Source: Opitutales bacterium (GTDB lineage: Bacteria; Verrucomicrobiota; Verrucomicrobiia; Opitutales; JABSRG01). From it: a stretch of DNA of 64,000 nt. Below, piece by piece: positions 1-10,258 of this stretch (the stretch's first letter is position 1; the number at the start of each line of letters is the position of its first letter). The position numbers and the translations under genes were made by a program. The DNA is taken from the NCBI GenBank assembly GCA_049599475.1, contig JBMYOQ010000004.1:32001-96000 (forward strand). The letters run 5' to 3'. Below the pieces are notes generated by a model that ran no database searches, was not told where the DNA came from, and worked only from the letters and a program-made list of their open reading frames with translations.

Positions 1-1520
1 TGGATACATTTTATTCGCGCAACGTGGAAGATTGGGATCGGTCGAGTCTAGATAATGCTAAATATCGCGAGCGCCGAGATGCGCGCAGAGACTATCGCTT
101 GAGTCAAGGCGAAGCCGAGTCTTTGATCCTTTCACATTATGATACAGACTTGGCGGGGCTGGCGTATTGGGGTGGCCACGGAAATGATCCGTACATGTTT
201 CAAACGCAGACTCTGAAAAACGTCGCAAAGCGCGGTGCAGATCTTGGTAAGAAGACCGTTTTCATTTTTCCAGAGCTTGAACAGTGGGATGATAACTTTG
301 CCTTTGTTTTAGATAATCATATTTATCCGCTTGCCGAAGTGGCACAAGAGCAGGGGGCCAAAGTCTATGTGCGGACGAAGCACACATTCTGGCAATCCAT
401 CAATTATATGCCGTTGTGGTCGCGATTGATGTCAGGAGAATTTGCCGACACCTTCGTCCCCTCCATGGAGGAGACTACTGATAAATCCATGGAGCTAAGT
501 GTTGCCGCCCGTCTAGGCGTGTGGGCGAGTGGGGCAGTAGACGATTGGGGCTCCCGAGCGGCGCGAGACAATCCGAGTTTCGATCGACTACGCGAATTTT
601 CTCATCAGAAGACTCCGAGCCATTTCCTTCGCGCCCAAGTCTACAACATCGCTCTGGGAGCTACCTATCAGAATAATTTCCCGACAAATCAACGCTTCTT
701 CAGTGTGATCTATGATCTCATCGCCAAGGGAATTTTGTATGTCCCTGAGCGTGACCAAATTGTGAGCTTCAATCCTGTTCACCTGAGCATGGTCGAGCCC
801 GATCCTCTATACGTGGATCAGGGGAACAATGTGAAATGGTTGACCATGTATGATGCGTCTTTCGAGGCGGAAAATCCGATGGTCTTCGGGCGTTTGGATG
901 GATCGTGGCCAGGTTCTCCCGTGAACGAATGGGATTTCTCAAGATACGCGGCAGATGCCCATGAACGGCGCCTGAATTTTCTTCCTAAATATCCTAATGG
1001 AGTTGTCATGATCACCCCACCACAGCGTGGAAAGCATCGCGATACTGAAGCGATTCGCGGAAACTTAAAGGATAACCTGCACCCCTTGTATCGAAATATT
1101 CTACGCGAGTATTTTACAGACGGGAGAGATTATATTTCGGCGGATGGAAATCACCGGATCGCGGCGCCCAAATACGCGGAAACAATCGAGCAGGATATTA
1201 AAAACTCAGCGAAATTCCTCCCACTCACGGTGGAAGGCGAAGTGGCCTGGGTGACTGCTGAACCTGCCCCGGGCACACTGCGCCTTACCTTGGTCGAGAA
1301 TGGGTATTTAAATCCGAATGCACAAACCGCGAAGATTAGATTTAACACCATCCGCCCGAAGTCTATTCGAGATGTTCTAACAGGAGAGAGTATTCCTTTC
1401 GAACGCGATGGAACGGCCTCTGTCGAAGTGCCCCTCGGACTCTTCAAGTTTCTCGAAATAGAATACAGTGGCTCTCTCGTAGAAGCGGCTGCGGCATATT
1501 CTTATCACCAGCGCAATTAG
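1..1520 (+). CDS. C-terminal part of a probable lambda-carrageenase-like (GH150/CglA-type) glycoside hydrolase; 5' end lies outside the window
   Basis: Frame open from base 3 to the stop at 1520. Segments YWGGHGNDPY, FIFPELE, PSMEETTDKSMELS and RLNFLPKYPNG match my recollection of lambda-carrageenases; sulfatases follow. Not checked by search. Confidence 0.6.
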   Translation, partial: DTFYSRNVEDWDRSSLDNAKYRERRDARRDYRLSQGEAESLILSHYDTDLAGLAYWGGHGNDPYMFQTQTLKNVAKRGADLGKKTVFIFPELEQWDDNFAFVLDNHIYPLAEVAQEQGAKVYVRTKHTFWQSINYMPLWSRLMSGEFADTFVPSMEETTDKSMELSVAARLGVWASGAVDDWGSRAARDNPSFDRLREFSHQKTPSHFLRAQVYNIALGATYQNNFPTNQRFFSVIYDLIAKGILYVPERDQIVSFNPVHLSMVEPDPLYVDQGNNVKWLTMYDASFEAENPMVFGRLDGSWPGSPVNEWDFSRYAADAHERRLNFLPKYPNGVVMITPPQRGKHRDTEAIRGNLKDNLHPLYRNILREYFTDGRDYISADGNHRIAAPKYAETIEQDIKNSAKFLPLTVEGEVAWVTAEPAPGTLRLTLVENGYLNPNAQTAKIRFNTIRPKSIRDVLTGESIPFERDGTASVEVPLGLFKFLEIEYSGSLVEAAAAYSYHQRN

Positions 1521-1590
1521 ACCCGAACGCAGGTTTCTTCTATCTTATAACATTTCTCAAAAGTGTTCTCGTCTCCTCTTACTCATCTGA

Positions 1591-1665
1591 GCTGTAGCCA
1601 CGGCACTCCGCGGCTGTACCATTCGGCGTAGACGTTCAGGGAGCAATCGTAAACGCGGTTACAAC
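1591..1665. repeat. REP-like palindromic intergenic element, copy 1
   Basis: Starts GCTGTAGCCACGGCACTC and ends GCGGTTACAAC; ends are imperfectly inverted and resemble the element at 28260-28346. Confidence 0.5.
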
Positions 1666-1683
1666 TTCACACATATAGAGTCT

Positions 1684-3240
1684 GTGCATTTACGTTCTAG
1701 AATTCTAATTCTCCTTTGTTGCGCCTTGGTTGCTGCCTTCCTTAGAGCGGATACTTACAGGCCAAATGTTATCGTAATCATCGTGGATGATCTCGGCTAT
1801 GCGGATATGGCATTTTTACCTCAGTCGCCAGACGATGTGCGATCTTATGGTACGCCTGGATTCGATACCTTGGCGAGCACGGGTATGTATTTCGAAAATG
1901 CATACTCGACTTCCCCCATTTGCAGTCCATCTCGGGCTGGGCTAATCACAGGACGCTATCAACAACGCTGGGGGAATTACTGGTATAATGAAGGCGGGCT
2001 GCCTGCTGAAGAGTTAACGATTCCTGAAGTACTGAGTGCCCATGGATACGTAACCGCCAAAATAGGCAAAACGCATCTCAATGGTGGCCCTAAAGAATTT
2101 CCCACTGAGCATGGCTTCGATTCATATCTAGGATTCGTGCATCATACTTGGGATTACATCCGCCTGAGCCAGAAAGATGTCGATGCGTATCGGAGCCGAG
2201 ATGCCTTTCAGGGCTTTGGAGCCCAAATTATTGGACCTCTGGTGTCTGCCAAAGGCCAGGGGACGCGGCGTTTCCAGGCCGAGAAAGTGTCCTATGAAAA
2301 TGGATTCACCACGGAGATCTTTACGGACGAGGCCGTCCAATTTATCGAAAGCGACAAAGGGGAAAAGCCATTCTACCTTCATATTGCCTACAACGCGGTG
2401 CATCATCCGACATACGTCGTGAGCGAGAAGTGGGCGAAGGTTACGGGTGCGCGCTATGTGCCCTGGGATCGTCATGCTGAGCAGTGGGAATATCCTTATT
2501 GGGAACCGGAAAAAGAGACTAATCGCGCCTTTCACAAAAAATGGGGGCACATGGGAGAAATCGATGTAGACGGCCGCCGTTGCTATTTAGCGAACCTGCT
2601 CGCCCTAGACGACGGCATTCAGCGGATTTTGAGATCGCTGGAAGAATCAGGACAGCGTGACAATACTGCCATTTTCTTCGTTTCTGATAATGGCGGAACG
2701 ATCAATACCTACGCCAACAATACGCCCTTGAGCGGCTATAAATATATGTTCGGCGAAGGGGGAATCCGGATACCGATGATCGTCTCTTACCCCGAGGCGG
2801 TGTCTTCTGGAGTAAACGAATCCTCCATAGTTTCTACAATGGATCTATTTCCAACGATTATGGATTGGGCCGGCATCGCGATACCGGAAAATCTCGATGG
2901 TAAGAGTCTTCTAAAAGTTCTCGATGCGGGAGAAGGGGAGCACCATGAGTATATCGCGTGGGCGCAAAACCGGGACAAATGGGTCATCCGGCGAGGAAAA
3001 TGGAAACTCACACACAATGCTAAATGGTATCACCGCGATTTCAAAATTCTGGATAATGGCGATGTCGTGGACAACGGAAGCATTACCTACCCAGACGGCG
3101 TTCAGCTCCTTGATTTGGTCAATGACATCGGTGAAAGCACTAATGTCGCCCAGCTTTACCCAGAAGTGGTTGAAGACCTTTTAAAATTGCAAGAGCGGTG
3201 GGCCTCAGAAATGTCCGATCCCGTTAAAATGAAACGATGA
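1684..3240 (+). CDS. Formylglycine-dependent (S1) sulfatase, secreted
   Basis: Signal peptide, PNVIVIIVDDLGY, CSPSRAG active-site motif, GKTHL, SDNGG. Confidence 0.92.
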   Translation: MHLRSRILILLCCALVAAFLRADTYRPNVIVIIVDDLGYADMAFLPQSPDDVRSYGTPGFDTLASTGMYFENAYSTSPICSPSRAGLITGRYQQRWGNYWYNEGGLPAEELTIPEVLSAHGYVTAKIGKTHLNGGPKEFPTEHGFDSYLGFVHHTWDYIRLSQKDVDAYRSRDAFQGFGAQIIGPLVSAKGQGTRRFQAEKVSYENGFTTEIFTDEAVQFIESDKGEKPFYLHIAYNAVHHPTYVVSEKWAKVTGARYVPWDRHAEQWEYPYWEPEKETNRAFHKKWGHMGEIDVDGRRCYLANLLALDDGIQRILRSLEESGQRDNTAIFFVSDNGGTINTYANNTPLSGYKYMFGEGGIRIPMIVSYPEAVSSGVNESSIVSTMDLFPTIMDWAGIAIPENLDGKSLLKVLDAGEGEHHEYIAWAQNRDKWVIRRGKWKLTHNAKWYHRDFKILDNGDVVDNGSITYPDGVQLLDLVNDIGESTNVAQLYPEVVEDLLKLQERWASEMSDPVKMKR

Positions 3241-3437
3241 CGCTTTATGATATCTGCTAGGAAATCGCTATGTTTGGTATTCGTGTAGGTAGTTCGAATG
3301 TCAGAGTGGACAATCTATCTCATCGCTTGACTGTGAACACGTCCCGGGTTTCTGTCTCTCAATCATTCGGCTAGTAGAAGGGACTCGTCAGATGACTAGA
3401 TGACCTAGTGGAAGGTGTCGTGTTATTATGTTCACAC

Positions 3438-4862
3438 ATGAGCACGAGAATCACCCCGAATTTCCCGCTATTCCCCTGCCTTTTGCTCCCGATTTTATTT
3501 ATCTCGCTTACCCTGAGATCGTGGTCGGCTGAGAGACCCAATATCATCTTCATTCTCGCGGATGATCTGGGATATGGTGATCTGAGCTGTTATGGGCAGG
3601 AGAAATTTGAGACACCGCATATCGACAAGTTGGCTGAGAACGGAATGCTGTTTACCGATCATTACTCGGGGAGTGCAGTTTGTGCGCCTGCTAGGAGCTC
3701 TCTGTTGACTGGCTTGCACACGGGCCGCACACCGATCCGTGGAAATGCAGAGCGCTTTCCAGAAGGGCAGGTGCCTCTGCCTGCATCGACGTTCACCGTT
3801 GGTCACTTTTTGCAGCGCTATGGATATAAAACCGGCGTATTTGGTAAGTGGGGCTTGGGCTACCCAGGCAGCGAAGGGGATCCGCTACAAATGGGGTTTG
3901 ATCGGTTTTATGGATACAATTGTCAAAGGATGGCGCACAGTTATTACCCCGCTTGGTTGTGGGATGATGATCAACGCGAGTATCTTTGGGGCAATACGCG
4001 ATCGTTTCAAAAACAGGACTACGCGCCCGACTTTATCCATAAGGAAGTGCTAAACTTTATCAGTGATAATCAGGAGAACCCATTCTTTATTTACTATGCA
4101 GCTGTGCAGCCTCATGCCGATATGGATGCTCCCGATGAAGCTATTGCTGAGTTTCGAGGAAAATTTCCAGGTGAGAAACCGGAGCCAGAAGGCTACTATA
4201 TTGGCCAGGAAGAGCCATATGCGGCGTTTGCTGCGATGGTAACGATTCTGGATAATTATGTGGGTGATCTAGTGTCAGAGCTCGAGCGCCTGGGCATTGC
4301 GGAGGATACCTTGATAATCTTTTCTTCGGACAATGGACCTCATGACGAAGGCGGCGCCGATCCGGAGTATTTTAATTCTAATGGTAAATTTCGTGGCATA
4401 AAGCGTGACCTCTACGAAGGGGGCGTTCGCGTGCCGATGATCGCGCATTGGCCAGGGAGAATTTCCCCAGGCTCGGTATCAGACCATCCTTCGGCATTTT
4501 GGGATTTCTTCCCGACGGTGGCCGACTTGCTTAAAAAGCCCGTTCAAGCGCCGATGGATGGATTGTCCTTTGTGCCGACCCTGCTGAATGAGGGACAACA
4601 GGAGCAGCACCGATATTTGTATTGGGAATTTCCTCAAAGAGATGGGCGTGTAGCTGTTCGTGCAGGAAAATGGAAGGCCGTCCGCTATAAGCTGAAACAC
4701 AAGAATCCAGGAGCATTCGAGTTGTATGACCTGGAGAATGATCCAGGCGAGACAGTCAACCTGGCGACTGACCACCCAGAGATTGTGAAGACAATGCAGG
4801 CATATATCGAAGAGGCACATACGCCGACGACCTATCCGCAGTTTACGCTCGATGTAAACTGA
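3438..4862 (+). CDS. S1 arylsulfatase (resembles subfamily S1_20), secreted
   Basis: PNIIFILADDLGYGDL, CAPARSS motif, GKWGLG, SDNGPH, KRDLYEGGVRVP; start placed at ATG 3438. Confidence 0.92.
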   Translation: MSTRITPNFPLFPCLLLPILFISLTLRSWSAERPNIIFILADDLGYGDLSCYGQEKFETPHIDKLAENGMLFTDHYSGSAVCAPARSSLLTGLHTGRTPIRGNAERFPEGQVPLPASTFTVGHFLQRYGYKTGVFGKWGLGYPGSEGDPLQMGFDRFYGYNCQRMAHSYYPAWLWDDDQREYLWGNTRSFQKQDYAPDFIHKEVLNFISDNQENPFFIYYAAVQPHADMDAPDEAIAEFRGKFPGEKPEPEGYYIGQEEPYAAFAAMVTILDNYVGDLVSELERLGIAEDTLIIFSSDNGPHDEGGADPEYFNSNGKFRGIKRDLYEGGVRVPMIAHWPGRISPGSVSDHPSAFWDFFPTVADLLKKPVQAPMDGLSFVPTLLNEGQQEQHRYLYWEFPQRDGRVAVRAGKWKAVRYKLKHKNPGAFELYDLENDPGETVNLATDHPEIVKTMQAYIEEAHTPTTYPQFTLDVN

Positions 4863-4894
4863 GGTGCAACTGACTCACTTGAATTTCAAATACA

Positions 4895-5563
4895 ATGAAA
4901 ATACACTTTCACATTCTGCTCTCGCTGGTATCGACCTGCCTCATTGCCGGGGAGGTCCGCTTGTTTAACGGCACTGATATTAACGGCTGGGTTAAGATCG
5001 GTGGAAAGGCTACATTCGCAGTCGAAGATGGCGCTATCGTAGGCACCACGACGCGGCGTACCCCCAATACCTTTTTGTCGCCTCCAGGCGTCTACAGCGA
5101 TTTCCTTTTAGAGTTCGAAGTGAAGTGCGATCGTGGTTTCAATTCAGGAGTACAAATCCGCTCCGTTACCGAGGAGACAGACATTTCAGAAAGAGTGACA
5201 GGTAAACCGCTCGAGAAAGCGAAGATGCACCTAAAACGCGCGGGTATCATGGGCCCCCAAGTGGAGATCGCCGATAATGGTCGAGCTGGGGGCGTCTTTT
5301 TCGAAGGTGCAGGATTTTGGATACAAAAGCCGACCGCTTCCGAAGCGATTGATGCATATGAGCCGGATGGCTGGAACCATTACAAAATCATGGCTCAAGG
5401 AACACGTATACAGACCTGGATTAACGGTGTTCCGGTGATCGATATTGAAGAGGAATCATCGGGGCTGAAATCTGGCATCATCGGCCTGCAGGTCCACAGC
5501 ATCGGCAAGAAAGAAGCGGAATACCAAGTCCGCTGGCGTAATATTACTATACGCGAGCTTTAA
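4895..5563 (+). CDS. DUF1080 / 3-keto-disaccharide hydrolase family protein
   Basis: Signal peptide, LFNGTDINGW, NSGVQIRS, GWNHYKI, GIIGLQVH, WRNITIREL. Confidence 0.88.
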   Translation: MKIHFHILLSLVSTCLIAGEVRLFNGTDINGWVKIGGKATFAVEDGAIVGTTTRRTPNTFLSPPGVYSDFLLEFEVKCDRGFNSGVQIRSVTEETDISERVTGKPLEKAKMHLKRAGIMGPQVEIADNGRAGGVFFEGAGFWIQKPTASEAIDAYEPDGWNHYKIMAQGTRIQTWINGVPVIDIEEESSGLKSGIIGLQVHSIGKKEAEYQVRWRNITIREL

Positions 5564-5588
5564 TAATAGCACTAATCAGGTTTTTCCC

Positions 5589-6947
5589 ATGAACACTTCT
5601 CGGCGTCGTTTTATTCAATCAGGATTGCTTGCGGGGACCGCAGTTTCCTTTCCTAATATCCATACACATCTCCTCGCTCAGTCTCCGAATCAGAAGCTGA
5701 ATATCGCGGTCGTGGGTGTGGGCAATATGGGCATCTATGCTGTGAAGGCTTCTGCTAAGGAAAACATTGTGGCCTTGTGCGATGTTGATTCCGTGGTGGC
5801 AGCTCGCCCTTTCAAGTGGTATCCCAATGTTCCTCGCTTTACCGATTTTCGAGTGATGCTCGACAAGATGGGGAATGAGATTGATGCGGTGTGTATTTCA
5901 ACGCCCGATCATACCCATTTTCCAATAGCTATGGCTTGCATGGAGCTGGGGAAACATGTCTTCGTGCAGAAACCTCTTGCCCACAATATATGGCAGGTCC
6001 GCACTCTGCAGAGGGCGATGCATTACTACAAGGTAGTGACGCAGATGGGCAACCAGGGGCATTTCTTCTCTGGGATGAATCGTATTAAGGAATGGGTCGG
6101 CGCCGGTGTGATTGGCGATGTGACACGTGTGGACACATGGACGAATCGCCCCCGTGAGCCGTGGTTTCGTAGGCCGACTTCAGTGCCCCCGGCGTCTCAT
6201 GCCGCTCCGGATAGCCTTGATTGGGACTTATGGTTGGGGCCAGCAAAATACCGGGACTATAGTCCCGAGTATGTACCCAAATTATGGAGAGGTTGGTGGG
6301 ATTTCGGCTTAGGTTCCTTGGGAGACATAGGGTGCCATACGTTTGATGCTCCTTTCTGCACGCTCGGCCTCGGTATGCCTACCAAGGTCGAAGTCGATAT
6401 CAAGGAAGGTTCCGAAGGTTCGGATGCTTATATACCCTGGGGCGCGAAGACCACCTATCACTTTCCAGCGCGTGGAGATGCGCCTCCGGTTGTCATGACC
6501 TGGTATGAGGATGGACATCCTGTGCCGACTCCTGAGGGGTGGGAGGGCAAATTCTATCCAAAGGGTGGAGGAATGGTCATGTATGGATCTAAGGAGACTC
6601 TTTTCCATTATGATATGCGCCCGGAAAGCCCCCAATTTTTACCCAAGGAACGATTCGACGTGCTGAAGCCTGAGCTGCGTGAAATTCCACGTATACCCAG
6701 TGTAAAAGGTCCAATAGAACAATGGATACGTGTCATCAAAGGCGAAGAGTCTGAGGCGGGCTCTAATTTTGATTATGCGGGTCCGTTGACTGAGGTAGTA
6801 CTACTCGGTGCTCTCGCTCAAAGGCTCGGTAAGACGATTGAATATGATTTCGAACGTATGGAAATTACCAATATTTCTGGATTGGATCACCTCATCAAAG
6901 AGCCCGCTAGGGAAGGGTGGTCCTACGGCGAAAAACTTTGGCCTTAG
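5589..6947 (+). CDS. Tat-exported Gfo/Idh/MocA NAD-dependent oxidoreductase
   Basis: SRRRFI Tat motif, GVGNMG, STPDHTH, VQKPL, QMGNQG, WRGWWDFG-LGDIGCH. Confidence 0.9.
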   Translation: MNTSRRRFIQSGLLAGTAVSFPNIHTHLLAQSPNQKLNIAVVGVGNMGIYAVKASAKENIVALCDVDSVVAARPFKWYPNVPRFTDFRVMLDKMGNEIDAVCISTPDHTHFPIAMACMELGKHVFVQKPLAHNIWQVRTLQRAMHYYKVVTQMGNQGHFFSGMNRIKEWVGAGVIGDVTRVDTWTNRPREPWFRRPTSVPPASHAAPDSLDWDLWLGPAKYRDYSPEYVPKLWRGWWDFGLGSLGDIGCHTFDAPFCTLGLGMPTKVEVDIKEGSEGSDAYIPWGAKTTYHFPARGDAPPVVMTWYEDGHPVPTPEGWEGKFYPKGGGMVMYGSKETLFHYDMRPESPQFLPKERFDVLKPELREIPRIPSVKGPIEQWIRVIKGEESEAGSNFDYAGPLTEVVLLGALAQRLGKTIEYDFERMEITNISGLDHLIKEPAREGWSYGEKLWP

Positions 6948-6977
6948 ATGCTATAGATTTCTTAAAGCCCTATTACT

Positions 6978-7994
6978 ATGAAATTCTCGTGTCTCTTATC
7001 TATCCCGCTTCTCGCCTTAACCTGTCTGGGACTGGAGCCTCCGGCTTTTATGGGGGATTGGGAAGGGCGATTCATCGATGCTCCGGAAGGTAGCTGGCAA
7101 GCGAACAATCCGAGCATTGTCGCAAAAATTGTCGGGATGCCAGATGGTGCCTTCGAAGTGCAATTTATGAATGCATTTGAACGCCGAGCGGAGGTCGATT
7201 TCAGAAAGACTATCTCGCCAAGCGATGGAACTTTGAAATTTAAGAGCAAGGCTTGGACCTTTGAAATAGAAGGCGATACACTCCGAGGGATTCGGAAGCA
7301 ATGGGTGCGGAAGAAAATGCATGATATACCTTTCGAAATGAAAAAGGTGGAGCGCCTTTCGCCTACACTGGGGCGTCCTGCCCCAGAGGGAGCTGAGGAT
7401 CTTTTTGCAGATGGAAGTTTGGGAAAATGGCATCATAAGCACGGTCGCGAAGCCTCCTGGAAAGTCTTGGAAAATGGAGTTGTCGAATGTTGGCCAAAGA
7501 AATCAGGAAACAAGCAAGGTGGAGATTTATTTACCAAGAAACACTACCGAGACTGCGAAATTCATCTGGAATTTCGTTTGCCGTATTTGCCGGATCGGCT
7601 CGGTCAGGATCGAGCAAATAGCGGTCTCTATATCATGAATTATGAGATACAAATTCTGGATAGTTATGGCTTCGAAGCGAATTGGACTTCATGTGGTGCT
7701 CTCTACAAAGTGTCGCCTTCAAAGGTGAATCGCAGTGCGCCTCCTGGGCAATGGCAGACCTATGATATCGTCTTTCGGGCTCCACGATTTGATGAAGCTG
7801 GCAAAGTCACAGAGCACGCCACAATCACCGTAAAGCATAATGGTCGTTTAATACACAACGAGCAGGAGATCTTTGAGATAACGCAATATTTTGAGATCAA
7901 CCGACCCAAAGACCCTCCATTTGATGGCCCCCTAGAGCTTCAAGACCACGGGCATGCCATACAGTTTAGGAATTTTTGGATACGGGAACTTTAG
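6978..7994 (+). CDS. DUF1080 family protein with N-terminal extension
   Basis: Signal peptide, HLEFRLP, RANSGLY, YEIQILDS, GQWQTYDIVFRAP, LQDHG-FRNFWIREL. Confidence 0.88.
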   Translation: MKFSCLLSIPLLALTCLGLEPPAFMGDWEGRFIDAPEGSWQANNPSIVAKIVGMPDGAFEVQFMNAFERRAEVDFRKTISPSDGTLKFKSKAWTFEIEGDTLRGIRKQWVRKKMHDIPFEMKKVERLSPTLGRPAPEGAEDLFADGSLGKWHHKHGREASWKVLENGVVECWPKKSGNKQGGDLFTKKHYRDCEIHLEFRLPYLPDRLGQDRANSGLYIMNYEIQILDSYGFEANWTSCGALYKVSPSKVNRSAPPGQWQTYDIVFRAPRFDEAGKVTEHATITVKHNGRLIHNEQEIFEITQYFEINRPKDPPFDGPLELQDHGHAIQFRNFWIREL

Positions 7995-8163
7995 AGCCTG
8001 AATTCAGTAGAAGCGGTTTTGCTAGAATTGATTTTGATAGTATTGACGAAGACGTTCTAAGGTGACTGTGCGACCAAAGGCGAATCATTGCAACGTGCCA
8101 CAGTGGATACCATAAAGAGCGAAAGCCCTGGAGAATCCAAGGGCCTTGTAGTATCCTGTGACA

Positions 8164-8199
8164 GATTGGTAGCCACCTGATTTTCGGCAGCTACCAATC
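8164..8199. terminator. Hairpin between convergent genes, probable terminator
   Basis: GATTGGTAGC...GCTACCAATC perfect 10-bp stem between stops at 7994 and 8229. Confidence 0.5.
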
Positions 8200-8228
8200 G
8201 TCAACGGTCGTGTTCCTGAGATATCTGC

Positions 8229-10067
8229 CTATTGTGCAGATGGGGTAATTTCGAAGTAATTGATATTAAAGGACGGGGAATCCATCACGATGCGGAGTTC
8301 CCTTCCATTCCCGGATTGCAAGGTCACTCCCGTGGCTACGACATCGTGCCATACGTCCCAGCCAGCGCCTCCCGTATTGAATGTGATGGGGCCGGATATG
8401 TCGACGCCATCCAGCTCTATGTGGAATTTCTTGTTCCAGGTGTGCGCGGTGGCGACGCGAAACGTGATGTCGTAAGTGTCTGTTGTGGGTATGTCTATGG
8501 TATAGTTTAAATACTCGTCACGCTCGATCCAGCCAATCGTGTAGTTGCCTTCGGATGCGTCGCCGATGTCTACGTCGGTATCTCTGTATTTTCCACCGGA
8601 GTTACCGGCAGTCGTGTCAAAATAAGCTTCTCCTGATGGACCGTTGTCAAAGTCCTCCGCCTCAACACGTATAGTTTGCGGATCTTGGCTAAGGGTAGCT
8701 TCAAAGTAGTTTATATTGAAACTCGCAGAGTCCATATAAAGACGCAGTTCCTGTTGTCCTGCACTGAGCATGATGCCTTCCGCAGTGAAATCCTGCCAGG
8801 ATTGCCAGCCGGCGCCGCCAGTATTGAAGGAAATGGGTCCGGATATGTTGGTATTGTTTAATTCAAGATGAAAACTCTTGTTTGAGTTGTGCCCTGAAGC
8901 TACTCGAAAGGTGAAATCGTAGGTGCCCGACTGAGCTACGTTGATCGTGTAATCGAGATATTCACCTGTTTTGATCCATCCCACGTTGTATCCTCCTTCA
9001 CTTGCTACTTGGATGTCGACCGCTGTATCGCGAAATTCGCCACCTAGATTGCTGCTTGTGGTATCGTAGTAGGCTACACCTTGCCCGCCATCATCGAAAT
9101 CTTCGGCCTCAATGCGGCCGGGAAGACTTTGCTGTGTCTGAGCAAAACCGTTGTCGAACATATTCTTGAGTCCTTCAGGCCCTCCTTGTTCATCCCCTGT
9201 GAATAGGTAATATGCCATACCACAGTCGGAGATATCTGGTCGTCTTACTGCCTCCATGCGACTGTAGCAGAATTGAATGGCATCATTAATTTCAGGTGTA
9301 TGAGCTGAGTAGTCTCTCATGAAGTACCATGCATCCCAATACTTGTATCCATTGTTGGCACGCGTGGTAGCGAAACCGATGGTTTTACTCTCGTAATTAT
9401 TTTGATCGGCAATTTGATCGAAAACGACTCCATCATTGGTAAATGCAGACTTCATTTCATTCCAGGTCCACCCGCTGTGCGGCTCTTCATAGTCTGATTT
9501 ATCAGGATTTGTTTGTGGGTTATCGCTATGCCGATTGTTCCAATTGGAGTGAGAGATCACCCGGACATATTGTAACGGAGTGGGGTCAATGGCCTGTGCA
9601 CGTGAAAGGGCTTCACCAATAACTTGCATGGGCCCAGCTGCTAATACGGTCAGTGGATCGTTCATACTTGATGCGAGGATTGCATCTCGCATCGCATTAT
9701 AGGCGGCATCAGGGTCTTCGACGGCTGCCATGAGGTTACTATCGCTTGTGAAGTCGAATCTGGATGCTGTTTCGACAACACTGAGAACCATTTCAGCTTC
9801 GTCGTTGTTCTCACTGCCCCATACGTGGTCGCTATAAGTGTAAAGGACGAGTTTATCTTGGAGGCTTTGCGAAGCGATGATAGCCAAGGTGGCTGCGGAT
9901 GCACCCCAGTCATCATCATCGTGCATATTGCCATCGGAGCTCACAGCGATGCGTCCTCCGGTATAAGGGATCGTTTGCGCGTGCCCATTGTTAGGCGTTA
10001 TCGCAAGCGAGAATCCAGCTAGGAAACAGAATAGAGAGTATTGAGCTTTAATGAATGTATTCATCAA
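8229..10067 (-). CDS. Secreted protein: uncharacterised N-terminal domain (nucleoside-hydrolase-like motifs) plus two tandem CBM6-type modules
   Basis: Signal peptide; SSDGNMHDDDDWG and TVLAAGPMQVIGEAL; two repeats of EAEDFD...GWI..GEYL.YTI...TGGAGW..W...FNINYFE. Confidence 0.75.
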   Translation of the reverse strand: MMNTFIKAQYSLFCFLAGFSLAITPNNGHAQTIPYTGGRIAVSSDGNMHDDDDWGASAATLAIIASQSLQDKLVLYTYSDHVWGSENNDEAEMVLSVVETASRFDFTSDSNLMAAVEDPDAAYNAMRDAILASSMNDPLTVLAAGPMQVIGEALSRAQAIDPTPLQYVRVISHSNWNNRHSDNPQTNPDKSDYEEPHSGWTWNEMKSAFTNDGVVFDQIADQNNYESKTIGFATTRANNGYKYWDAWYFMRDYSAHTPEINDAIQFCYSRMEAVRRPDISDCGMAYYLFTGDEQGGPEGLKNMFDNGFAQTQQSLPGRIEAEDFDDGGQGVAYYDTTSSNLGGEFRDTAVDIQVASEGGYNVGWIKTGEYLDYTINVAQSGTYDFTFRVASGHNSNKSFHLELNNTNISGPISFNTGGAGWQSWQDFTAEGIMLSAGQQELRLYMDSASFNINYFEATLSQDPQTIRVEAEDFDNGPSGEAYFDTTAGNSGGKYRDTDVDIGDASEGNYTIGWIERDEYLNYTIDIPTTDTYDITFRVATAHTWNKKFHIELDGVDISGPITFNTGGAGWDVWHDVVATGVTLQSGNGRELRIVMDSPSFNINYFEITPSAQ

Positions 10068-10258
10068 AAGGTATTGAATTTTCCAGGCTGAAAGCTGACG
10101 AAAATTTTCGGATAATCTTGAGACAACTTTTAGGGGCCGACTTGCTTAATCGATGCTTTCTACCGCGCGGAGATCGGTGGCTACCAAAGATCGATAAGAT
10201 GTATTGCGTTGTGCTTCACTCTTTCACCTGTTTTGAATTCGATTTAGGCGCGATATCC

